64,000 bases of DNA from Ignavibacteriales bacterium (GTDB taxonomy: Bacteria; Bacteroidota; Ignavibacteria; UBA10030; UBA6906), in assembly GCA_037441705.1 (NCBI GenBank), contig JBBIRR010000014.1, forward strand, positions 13,229-77,228, read 5' to 3'. The notes under the pieces were generated by a model. The model did not search any database. It had not been told where the DNA came from and saw nothing but the letters and a program-made list of their open reading frames with translations. Positions 30,253 to 38,313 of this stretch are shown here, piece after piece. A program made the translations under genes and the position numbers. The stretch's first letter is position 1; each line of letters opens with the position of its first letter.

Positions 30253-31989
30253 ATGCTCAAGTCTCTCACCATAAAGAACTACGCGCTGATAGATGAACTG
30301 ACTGTTGACTTTGCCAACGGTCTGGATATCATTACCGGCGAAACCGGCGCGGGCAAGTCCATCATCATCGACGCGCTCGGCTTGATTCTCGGTGAACGCG
30401 CCACTGCGGAAGCAATCCGCACGGGGGCAGACAAGGCCGTGGTCGAAGGCATCTTCTCGATCAGCGACAATCGAAAACTCCACGCCCTTCTGCAGGAACA
30501 GGAACTGGAAGCGGCCGACGAGCTGATCGTGCGGCGAGAGGTTTCCACAAAAGGGACAAGCCGCTGTCTGGTGAATGACTCGGTCGTGCCGCTCGCCGTG
30601 CTGAAGAAGATCGGCGAGCAGTTGGTGGATCTGCACGGCCAGCACGAGCATCAGTCGCTGCTCCGCACGGAAACGCACATTGAAATGCTGGACGAATATG
30701 CCGGCGTCGGCGATCTCCTGGAGGAATATCGGACCGCATACCGCTCGCTGCGCGCCGTATCGCAAGAAATCCAGTCGGTGCTGGCGCGCGAAGCACAGCT
30801 GAACGAGAAACGCGATCTCTACACGTTCCAGCGACAGGAGATTGATGCAATAGCCCCGCAGCCGGGCGAGGATGAACAGATTGAAGCCGAGCTGAAGATT
30901 CTGGAAAACGTCGAGAAGCTCGTCAATGCAACATCGTTGTTGTACGAGATGTTGTATGACGGCGATACGTCCGCGCACGATCTGCTGAGCAAAGCCGCCA
31001 AACAGTTAGATGAACTTGCGCGGATCGACGCACGATTCGAGGAGTACGCACGGGAGTGCCGCTCCGCCGAAACGATCGTCAACGAAGTGGCGAAATTCGT
31101 TCACCAGTACAGCGCGAGCGTGGAATTCAGCCCCGAACGGCTCGAGAAGTTGCGTCAGCGACTCGGGGTCTTGTTCAGCTTGAAAAGAAAATACGGCGGC
31201 ACGCTCGAGGCTGCACTCGCCCATCGCCAGCGCATCGAGCAGGAGCTTGCCGCTGCCGAAAACGTCGAGGCGACACTGCAGAAGCTGCGAGAGAAACGCG
31301 AGGCCGAACGGGCCGCGTGTGCACGACTTGCCCTTCAGCTCTCGTCACGGCGGCGCGAGGCATCCCGCAAGCTCGACCGAGAAATTGTGCACGAGCTGAC
31401 GGCGCTGGGCATTCCCAACGCCCGGTTCACGACACAGATGCGACGGCAGCAGCTCTCGACCGATGGCAGCGAGGATGAGGAGTACGTGCTGATAGAGAAG
31501 GAGAAGGTCCGCATTCACGCGCGGGGCTGCGACGACGTGGAGTTTTTCATCTCCACCAATCTCGGCGAGGAAGTGAAGCCGCTGGCAAGAGTTGCTTCGG
31601 GAGGCGAGGTCTCACGCATCATGCTGGCACTGAAGAGCGTTCTGGCAAAGGCAGACCGGCTGCCCGTGATGATCTTCGATGAAATTGATGTCGGCGTCAG
31701 CGGGCGCATTGCACAGGCAGTGGGCTTGAGCATGAAGAATCTCTCGCAACACCACCAGATCATTGCCATCACGCATCTGCCGCAGATTGCCGGACTGGCG
31801 GACGAGCATTTTGTGGTGGAGAAGGTCGAAGAAAAAAAAGGTTCTGTACGCCGCACCACAACCACCATCCGCAAGCTGACGCGCGACGAACGAGTGCGTG
31901 AAGTAGCCAGACTCTTAAGCGGAGCAGAAGTGACCGAAGCAGGCTTGAAAAGCGCGCGGGAGTTGATGGGGGTGAAGACGCCCTCGTAG
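30253..31989 (+). CDS. recN: DNA repair protein RecN
   Basis: TGETGAGKS, DLHGQHEHQ, ASGGEVSR, IFDEIDVGVSG, ITHLPQIA. Confidence 0.97.
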   Translation: MLKSLTIKNYALIDELTVDFANGLDIITGETGAGKSIIIDALGLILGERATAEAIRTGADKAVVEGIFSISDNRKLHALLQEQELEAADELIVRREVSTKGTSRCLVNDSVVPLAVLKKIGEQLVDLHGQHEHQSLLRTETHIEMLDEYAGVGDLLEEYRTAYRSLRAVSQEIQSVLAREAQLNEKRDLYTFQRQEIDAIAPQPGEDEQIEAELKILENVEKLVNATSLLYEMLYDGDTSAHDLLSKAAKQLDELARIDARFEEYARECRSAETIVNEVAKFVHQYSASVEFSPERLEKLRQRLGVLFSLKRKYGGTLEAALAHRQRIEQELAAAENVEATLQKLREKREAERAACARLALQLSSRRREASRKLDREIVHELTALGIPNARFTTQMRRQQLSTDGSEDEEYVLIEKEKVRIHARGCDDVEFFISTNLGEEVKPLARVASGGEVSRIMLALKSVLAKADRLPVMIFDEIDVGVSGRIAQAVGLSMKNLSQHHQIIAITHLPQIAGLADEHFVVEKVEEKKGSVRRTTTTIRKLTRDERVREVARLLSGAEVTEAGLKSARELMGVKTPS

Positions 31990-32065
31990 GTGCAAGGAAC
32001 GGGCGCCGCATGCTCTGCCTGTCGCAACGAAAATGACGCCGCCGCCGTAGAGCCAGGAGGTTAGT

Positions 32066-32263
32066 ATGGGAAAAGAAATTTGCAATGAATGTGGGAGAAG
32101 CGTTAAGCCCGGTTCCGGATTATTTGTGAATAGAATTCACGACTTCAACGATTATGAGACGCTGGTAAAGATGGGTAAGCCATTCCCAGAAGGGTGTTTT
32201 ATTTGCATTGAATGTGATAAAAGACTTGAGCTTGAAAACTACTTCGCGAGGTTCAAGAAATGA
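32066..32263 (+). CDS. Small putative zinc-binding protein (two CxxC)
   Basis: AGGAGG SD; CNEC...CIEC; low GC; ATGA overlap with next ORF. Confidence 0.7.
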   Translation: MGKEICNECGRSVKPGSGLFVNRIHDFNDYETLVKMGKPFPEGCFICIECDKRLELENYFARFKK

Positions 32264-32457
32264 AAAACCTGGAGAGAGTTATCTACTCCCTGAATGTCGA
32301 AGACATTCAAAACGTCGCCCGGGAAACGCTTGCCCGAAAGTTGACCGAGAGAGAAATACGTCTGGTTGGGGAAGCGATTCCAAATTACATCAACTGGTTT
32401 GATGCGATTGAATTTGCTATTCAGCAACATAACCTGAGGCCGAGAAAACGGAGGTGA
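32260..32457 (+). CDS. Small hypothetical protein
   Basis: Coupled to previous ORF; helical 65 aa; stop overlaps the cysS SD. Confidence 0.68.
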   Translation: MKNLERVIYSLNVEDIQNVARETLARKLTEREIRLVGEAIPNYINWFDAIEFAIQQHNLRPRKRR

Positions 32458-32462
32458 ATCTC

Positions 32463-33911
32463 ATGCCCCTCCACCTCTACAACACCCTCACCCGGCAGAA
32501 GGAAGAGTTCAAACCTCTCCGCGAAGGCTACGTCGGCATCTACGTCTGCGGACCGACGGTGTACGGCCATTCGCATCTCGGTCACGCAAAGAGCTACGTG
32601 TCGTTCGACGTCATCGTTCGCTATCTGCGCTACCTCGGCTACAGCGTGACGTACGTGCAGAACATCACCGACGTCGGGCATCTGTTAGGCGATGCGCACG
32701 AGGGTGAAGATCGGATTCTGAAGACGAGCCGCGCCGAACAGAAGCACCCCATGGCCGTTGCGGAGTTCTATACGCGCAGCTACTTCGAGGACATGGATGC
32801 ACTCAACGTTCTCCGTCCCGATATCTCGCCGCGCGCAACGGGCCACGTCATTGAGCAGATTGAGCTGATCAAACACCTGCTCGCAAAAGGGCTTGCCTAC
32901 GAGGCAAACGGCTCGGTGTATTTCGATGTTCACGCGTTTGCCGACTATGGAAAACTTTCCGGCCGCACGGTAGAGGAGCTTGAGGCAGGCGCGCGGGTCG
33001 AGGTCAAGGAGGAGAAACGCCACCCCGCCGACTTCGCGTTGTGGAAGAAAGCCGACCCGGAACACATCATGCGCTGGCCGAGTCCGTGGAGCGTGGGCTT
33101 CCCCGGATGGCACATCGAATGCTCGGCTATGTCCATGAAGTATTTGGGCGAGAGTTTCGACATTCACGGCGGCGGACTCGAGAATCAATTCCCGCATCAT
33201 GAATGCGAGATTGCGCAGAGCGAAGGTGCAACGGGGAAACCGTTCGTGAAGTACTGGTTGCACAACAACATGGTGACCGTCAACGGCCAGAAGATGGGCA
33301 AGTCGTTAGGGAACTTCACCACACTCAAGGACGCGTTCAAGAAATGGAAACCGGAAACGATCCGCTTCTTCATCCTCCAGAGCCAGTATCGGAGCACGCT
33401 GGATTTCAGCGACGAGGCCGTTGATGCTGCAGCGAAGGGATTGGAAAGGCTCACCAACACGTTCCGCACTCTCCGTGAGCGCATCAAAGCGGCGGCCGAG
33501 GATGGCAGCACCTCGCCCATCAATCTCACACGATACAAAGCCGCATTCCTCGCTGCGATGGACGACGACTTCAACACGCCGCAGGCAATTGCGGCGCTGT
33601 TTGACCTGAGCAGGGATGTGAATCAGTCGCTTGCCGGCGGGACATCCATGAGCGCCTCGACCATCCGACAGATTCTCGATCTCTACGAGGAGCTGGGCGG
33701 GAATATCCTCGGACTGACGTTCGGTGCCGCCGCTGCTGGTCACGACGCAGCGCTTGTGGATGGACTGATGAAGCTGATCCTCGAGATGCGCTCCGAAATT
33801 CGCGCGCAAAAGTTGTACGCCCTCTCCGACAAGATCCGCAGCGCGCTGCAAACGCTGGGCATTGTCGTTGAAGATCGGAAGGGGGAAACAACCTGGCGCA
33901 GAACGTTGTGA
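32463..33911 (+). CDS. cysS: Cysteine--tRNA ligase
   Basis: YVCGPTVY..HLGH, DFALWK, GFPGWHIECSAM, FPHHECE, KMGKS. Confidence 0.98.
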   Translation: MPLHLYNTLTRQKEEFKPLREGYVGIYVCGPTVYGHSHLGHAKSYVSFDVIVRYLRYLGYSVTYVQNITDVGHLLGDAHEGEDRILKTSRAEQKHPMAVAEFYTRSYFEDMDALNVLRPDISPRATGHVIEQIELIKHLLAKGLAYEANGSVYFDVHAFADYGKLSGRTVEELEAGARVEVKEEKRHPADFALWKKADPEHIMRWPSPWSVGFPGWHIECSAMSMKYLGESFDIHGGGLENQFPHHECEIAQSEGATGKPFVKYWLHNNMVTVNGQKMGKSLGNFTTLKDAFKKWKPETIRFFILQSQYRSTLDFSDEAVDAAAKGLERLTNTFRTLRERIKAAAEDGSTSPINLTRYKAAFLAAMDDDFNTPQAIAALFDLSRDVNQSLAGGTSMSASTIRQILDLYEELGGNILGLTFGAAAAGHDAALVDGLMKLILEMRSEIRAQKLYALSDKIRSALQTLGIVVEDRKGETTWRRTL

Positions 33912-33917
33912 GGATGT

Positions 33918-35468
33918 ATGACGAACACTTCGATCATCGCAAACGGGATCGTTCTTACCTGCGACGCAACCAATCGCTGCGGTCCGTATCATCTTCTCGT
34001 TGCCAACGGCCGCATCCTCGACATTTCCGAAAGTTTCGATAAGCTCGTACGAGACAATCCCGACGCGGAGATTATCGACGCATCTGACAAGCTCCTGCTT
34101 CCCGGCTTCATCAATGCACATTATCACACAGAGAGCTTCCTTCTGCACGCGCTGACGGACGGGACGCACTACACGCTGTGGAACGAGAACACGACGCTGA
34201 AGCAAACCTCCGAACGGCTGATGCATACGTCAAGTGCGAAAGACCTCGATGTGCTGTACGGGACCGTCTATGCCGCACACGCCCGATGCGGCACAACATG
34301 GGTGGGAGAGTTTCCGCCGTGCGTGCATGAGGAGAGCCTCGTGCAGATCGCGCGAGCAATCGAAACAAGCCGCCTCGGCTGCGTGCTTGCTCTTCGGACG
34401 TGGGATCACATTCGCGGGGCGCGGGCGTTGGGCAGCAGAGGCCTGCGTGTTGCGGTAAGTCTCGGCGAAGAACGCGACATGACGGTCTACAGCATTGAAA
34501 ACGCTCTGCGGGCTGCAAAGGACCTCAAGGCATCCATTCTTGCCCACGTTGCCGAACAACGCGAAGACGCGGACACCATGTTGAGGAATTTCCAGAAAGG
34601 CATCATTACCCTGCTGCAGTCCTTCAACGCATTGCGCCCCGAGACGATAATTGTACACGCAAACCACATCACGGAAACCGAAGCAGCGATGGTGAAAGAC
34701 GCGAACGGCACGGTCGTCGTATGTCCCCGCTCCACGGCGGCAAAACAAACGGGCTATCCCGCCTTGCGTCATCTCGCAAAGCGTTTCGTGCGGCTCGCGC
34801 TCGGCACTGATTGGGGAAGCATTGACATGGTAGAAGAAATGCGCTTCGTCAGTCAACTGCCGCTTGTGGTTCCGGGGCTGCGGGCATTCTCGCCGTTGGA
34901 GATCGTTCGGATGGCAACCATCAACGGCGCAGCCGCGCTCAACATCCACAAGGACACGGGATCGCTCGAAGTCGGCAAACGGGCCGACATCGTGTTCTTT
35001 TCTCTCAACTCTCTCCGCGTTGCTCAACTGAGCAAACACTCCCGCGCCGAAGAAGTCGCGCGCTGCGTGGTTGATATTCTTACCACCGGCGACATCTCCG
35101 ACGTGATGGTCGCAGGAGAGTTTGTCCTTCGTGACCGGACACTCGCCCGCACCTCGGAACCTGAGCGTATCGCGGAATGGCGCGGGCTTTGCTCACGATA
35201 CCTTCCGGGTCAACCGGCTCTTCAAACGCCCGTGCAGCCCGCAGCACAGCCGGCCAACATTATCCCCTTCACGCAGGAGCCGCGCGAACCGCAGGCGGCC
35301 GAAGGATTCGAGTCGGGATTTCCTCCGTCCCCTTCACCTCCCGTTGCCACAACCCCGGAGGTTCCCCCACATCCTTTCGCAAACAGGCCAAAGGTTCAAC
35401 GAGAGCCTGCGAAGATCGAGCTGCCGAAGAATACGCGAACGGTGTTCGGCGAGGATGAAGATATTTAG
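33918..35468 (+). CDS. Amidohydrolase (MtaD/deaminase-like) with Pro-rich C-terminal tail
   Basis: PGFINAHYH, AHVAE, IVHAN, LGTD, ATINGAAAL, GSLEVGKRAD. Confidence 0.85.
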   Translation: MTNTSIIANGIVLTCDATNRCGPYHLLVANGRILDISESFDKLVRDNPDAEIIDASDKLLLPGFINAHYHTESFLLHALTDGTHYTLWNENTTLKQTSERLMHTSSAKDLDVLYGTVYAAHARCGTTWVGEFPPCVHEESLVQIARAIETSRLGCVLALRTWDHIRGARALGSRGLRVAVSLGEERDMTVYSIENALRAAKDLKASILAHVAEQREDADTMLRNFQKGIITLLQSFNALRPETIIVHANHITETEAAMVKDANGTVVVCPRSTAAKQTGYPALRHLAKRFVRLALGTDWGSIDMVEEMRFVSQLPLVVPGLRAFSPLEIVRMATINGAAALNIHKDTGSLEVGKRADIVFFSLNSLRVAQLSKHSRAEEVARCVVDILTTGDISDVMVAGEFVLRDRTLARTSEPERIAEWRGLCSRYLPGQPALQTPVQPAAQPANIIPFTQEPREPQAAEGFESGFPPSPSPPVATTPEVPPHPFANRPKVQREPAKIELPKNTRTVFGEDEDI

Positions 35469-35533
35469 TGGTTGGATGGTATCCGAAGTTCCTCGTTAAG
35501 CCTTCCTGTTGGGGTGACCGGTGACCTCCTCAC

Positions 35534-35562
35534 TTGGTATTCGTTGCCCGTCTTTCTATATT
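35534..35562 (+). promoter_or_regulatory. Putative sigma70-type promoter
   Basis: TTGGTA-N17-TATATT(GA). Confidence 0.5.
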
Positions 35563-35615
35563 GAGATTGAGTTCGAACCAAGTCGTTCTCTGAACTGTTC
35601 TGAATTGTGAACGTT

Positions 35616-35687
35616 CAATCCCGTCGTTGTTTATCAAACGCAACAGCGCAGGTGGAAGTGTTGCGTTTGCAAACACGTACGGGATTG
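35616..35687. repeat. Long imperfect inverted repeat containing two TGT-N11/12-ACA boxes (candidate enhancer)
   Basis: CAATCCCGT/ACGGGATTG and CAAACGCAACA/TGTTGCGTTTG arms. Confidence 0.7.
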
Positions 35688-35737
35688 CAAAAGAGCGAAC
35701 AAATCAAACCACGCGGGGCAGGTTAGTGTCCAACGGT

Positions 35738-35752
35738 TGGCACTGATATTGC
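35738..35752 (+). promoter_or_regulatory. Sigma-54 (-24/-12) promoter
   Basis: TGGCAC-TGATA-TTGC, exact consensus and spacing, about 50 nt upstream of ATG 35804. Confidence 0.82.
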
Positions 35753-35803
35753 CCCTTCGGGGATAGTCCACGTCATGATCTAAGGAGAAAGGGAGGATTC
35801 GTC

Positions 35804-36733
35804 ATGAAGAATCTTCTAACGGGTCTGGTTGCGCTGGTCGCTTTTACGATGGTTGCATCGGGTTGCTACACCCAGTTGAAGACGGCGCGCGAGGAATCAG
35901 AGCAAGAGTCTGAATACACTGAGGGCGATCGAACGTACTCCGAAGAGGGCACGCGCTACGATGACGAGTACGACCCCTATTGGTCGCCGCGTCGTGCATT
36001 CTACTTCTATTACTATTACCCATCGTTCTCCGTCGGCTTTTTCCCCTGCGACCCGTGGTACTGGCGGTCAGGATGGTACTACACGTACTACGATCCGTTC
36101 TGGACGTGCGGGACGTTCTATCCGGGATACTATGCAGGATGGGTGTGGTGGGGGTATCCTTATCCACGATGGTGGTGGCATCCGTACGGATGGGGCTACG
36201 GCGGATATGCCGGCCGATATGGCCACGGCTCAACGCGCACAATTGGCGTGACGCGAACAACAGGCGACACGCGCAGCGGCTATGGTCGCGGCAGCGGCGG
36301 CAGCGATGCACTCCCATCAGGCTACCGGAGTGGAGGTGGCAGTGGAGGAGGGCGATCAGGTGCAGAACAACCGCCGGCCGGCACGCGCATTTCAACGGGA
36401 AGGAGCGGTGGTAGCGAATCAGGCGGAACCGAGGCGCGGGGATCGCGCAGCGGAAGCGTTACGCGCGGCGGCAAGACGCGCAGCAGCGGCGGGCGTGAAG
36501 CAACGCGCGGAGGCGAAGTGCGGACTCCGCCGAGACCGGCACCTTCGGTCGCACCCGCAAACCCGGGTGGCGGCGAGAGAGGCAGCAGCGGTCGCTCGGG
36601 AGGCGGCAGATCATCGGGAGGCGGGGGCTCGTACTCTCCACCGGCACACTCATCACCACCGCCCAGCTCAGCGCCTGCTCCATCGACACCGAGCGGCGGC
36701 GGCCGCAACTCGAGTGGTCGTGGCGGGCGGTAA
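35804..36733 (+). CDS. Low-complexity lipoprotein (Tyr/Trp/Pro-rich core, Gly/Ser/Arg-rich tail)
   Basis: GGAGG SD; lipobox VASG-C; compositional bias. Confidence 0.8.
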   Translation: MKNLLTGLVALVAFTMVASGCYTQLKTAREESEQESEYTEGDRTYSEEGTRYDDEYDPYWSPRRAFYFYYYYPSFSVGFFPCDPWYWRSGWYYTYYDPFWTCGTFYPGYYAGWVWWGYPYPRWWWHPYGWGYGGYAGRYGHGSTRTIGVTRTTGDTRSGYGRGSGGSDALPSGYRSGGGSGGGRSGAEQPPAGTRISTGRSGGSESGGTEARGSRSGSVTRGGKTRSSGGREATRGGEVRTPPRPAPSVAPANPGGGERGSSGRSGGGRSSGGGGSYSPPAHSSPPPSSAPAPSTPSGGGRNSSGRGGR

Positions 36734-36790
36734 GCTCTCAAGAATTTCATTCGTCGAGACACAACATTGCAAGAAAGAGGTGTTGATACG

Positions 36791-38224
36791 GTGAAGTATA
36801 TCTCAGCGGTTCTGGTGGTTTTATTCTTCGGTTCGGCCGCGCACGCGCAATTCCCTGAGGACGCCCTCCGCTTTGCAACACCCGGGCTGGGTGTCGGCAC
36901 GCGGGCCATCGGCATGGGGGGCGCGTACACCGGTGTGGCGAACGATTACAGCGCGCTGTTCTGGAATCCGGCGGGTCTCGCTCAACTCGAACAGGGCGAG
37001 TTCTCGCTCGGCCTTTCACATCTGAGCTACGGCAACACAAGCTCATACATCGGAACGGCACAATCCTACACGAACAATGCAACCCAGTTGAACGCGCTCG
37101 GAGTTGCATTCCCTATTCCCGTCCGGAGAGGAAGCCTCGTGTTTGCCTTCGGCTACAACCGTCAGAGTAACTTCACCACCGGCGTAGCCTTCGAGGCGTT
37201 CAATCCTACAGGCAGCATCATTCAAACCTACACACGTGACGGATCGCCGGTGAGCGGAGAGCCGAGCGGTATTGCCTGGGAGTTGTACCTTGCCGACACC
37301 ACCCGTAATGCTCAAGGCCAGCTTGTGTACTTTAGTCCGATTATCAACCGCGTAACACAGGTGGGAAAGGTCCTTGAGGGAGGCGGGTTGAACAACTGGT
37401 CGGCGGCCGGTGCCATTGATATTGCCCGTAACGTCTCCGTCGGCCTGACGCTCAGTTACGTTACAGGCAGCTACACGTATGATCGTTCATATAAAGAGCA
37501 GGATAATCGAAACATCTACAGCAGCCCGATCAACGGGAGTCCGCTCCAATTCGATCAGTTCACGCAGGATGATTTTGTCGACAGCGACCTGTCCGGCTTC
37601 AACGCAAAATTGGGATTGATGTATCGTGTGCCGGACAGGTTCCGCCTCGGCATAACTATAAAGTCGCCCACCTCGTTACGTGTGAAAGAAACGTTCGGCA
37701 CGACCTACAAGGCCTTCTACGATAACGGCGACATTGTCTCACCCGACCCGAGCAACCAATCCGGTGAGTATGATGTGCTGACCCCGTGGGTGTTCAGCGC
37801 CGGTGCATCTCTTGTCGTCCGCGATCTTGTGCTCTCGGGCGACGTGGAGTACACCGATTGGACACAGCTTGAATTCCGCAACGCCAATCCCGATGTGATT
37901 GCGTTGAACAAAGATATCAAGGATATCTTTCGGGCCACTGCCAACCTGCGCGGCGGTGCCGAGTACGACCTCAAGGAGATAGGCGTGCGCCTGCGCGGTG
38001 GGTTTATCTACAACACCTCGCCGTTCAAAGGCGACCCGAGTTCGTTCGATCAGAAGTATGTGACTGCCGGCCTCGGCATTCTTCTGAGTGAAGACACGAT
38101 GCTGGACCTCGCCTATGCCCGCGGCTGGTGGAAGACGTTCCGCTACAACTACACCGGCAGCCCGCAATTGTTGGAAGATATCGCGACCAACAATTTCGCC
38201 CTCACCTTCTCGTATCGCTACTGA
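36791..38224 (+). CDS. OmpP1/FadL-family outer-membrane transporter-like barrel
   Basis: Signal AHA-Q; GTRAIGMGGAYTGVANDYSALFWNPAGL; terminal LTFSYRY. Confidence 0.88.
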   Translation: MKYISAVLVVLFFGSAAHAQFPEDALRFATPGLGVGTRAIGMGGAYTGVANDYSALFWNPAGLAQLEQGEFSLGLSHLSYGNTSSYIGTAQSYTNNATQLNALGVAFPIPVRRGSLVFAFGYNRQSNFTTGVAFEAFNPTGSIIQTYTRDGSPVSGEPSGIAWELYLADTTRNAQGQLVYFSPIINRVTQVGKVLEGGGLNNWSAAGAIDIARNVSVGLTLSYVTGSYTYDRSYKEQDNRNIYSSPINGSPLQFDQFTQDDFVDSDLSGFNAKLGLMYRVPDRFRLGITIKSPTSLRVKETFGTTYKAFYDNGDIVSPDPSNQSGEYDVLTPWVFSAGASLVVRDLVLSGDVEYTDWTQLEFRNANPDVIALNKDIKDIFRATANLRGGAEYDLKEIGVRLRGGFIYNTSPFKGDPSSFDQKYVTAGLGILLSEDTMLDLAYARGWWKTFRYNYTGSPQLLEDIATNNFALTFSYRY

Positions 38225-38253
38225 TTGCAAGACGCACGTCGTTTGAATATATT
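38225..38253 (+). promoter_or_regulatory. Sigma70-type promoter for the downstream operon
   Basis: TTGCAA-N17-TATATT(GA). Confidence 0.6.
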
Positions 38254-38254
38254 G

Positions 38255-38294
38255 AAGTCCGTCCCAGCACTATCGGGACGGACTTTTGTGTTTT
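38255..38294 (+). terminator. Intrinsic terminator after the FadL-family gene
   Basis: AAGTCCGTCCC/GGGACGGACTT stem followed by TTGTGTTTT. Confidence 0.75.
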
Positions 38295-38313
38295 GTAACC
38301 TCTGGAGCCGCCC

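Noticed and set aside
31832-31839. A8 run in recN as a possible slippage site
   Set aside because: Encodes EKK near the C-terminus; a shift would give no sensible product and I know no precedent.
35565-35705. Possible 6S RNA in the long intergenic hairpin
   Set aside because: Could not build a symmetric central bubble and closing stem by eye; an enhancer explains it better. An Rfam search would settle it.
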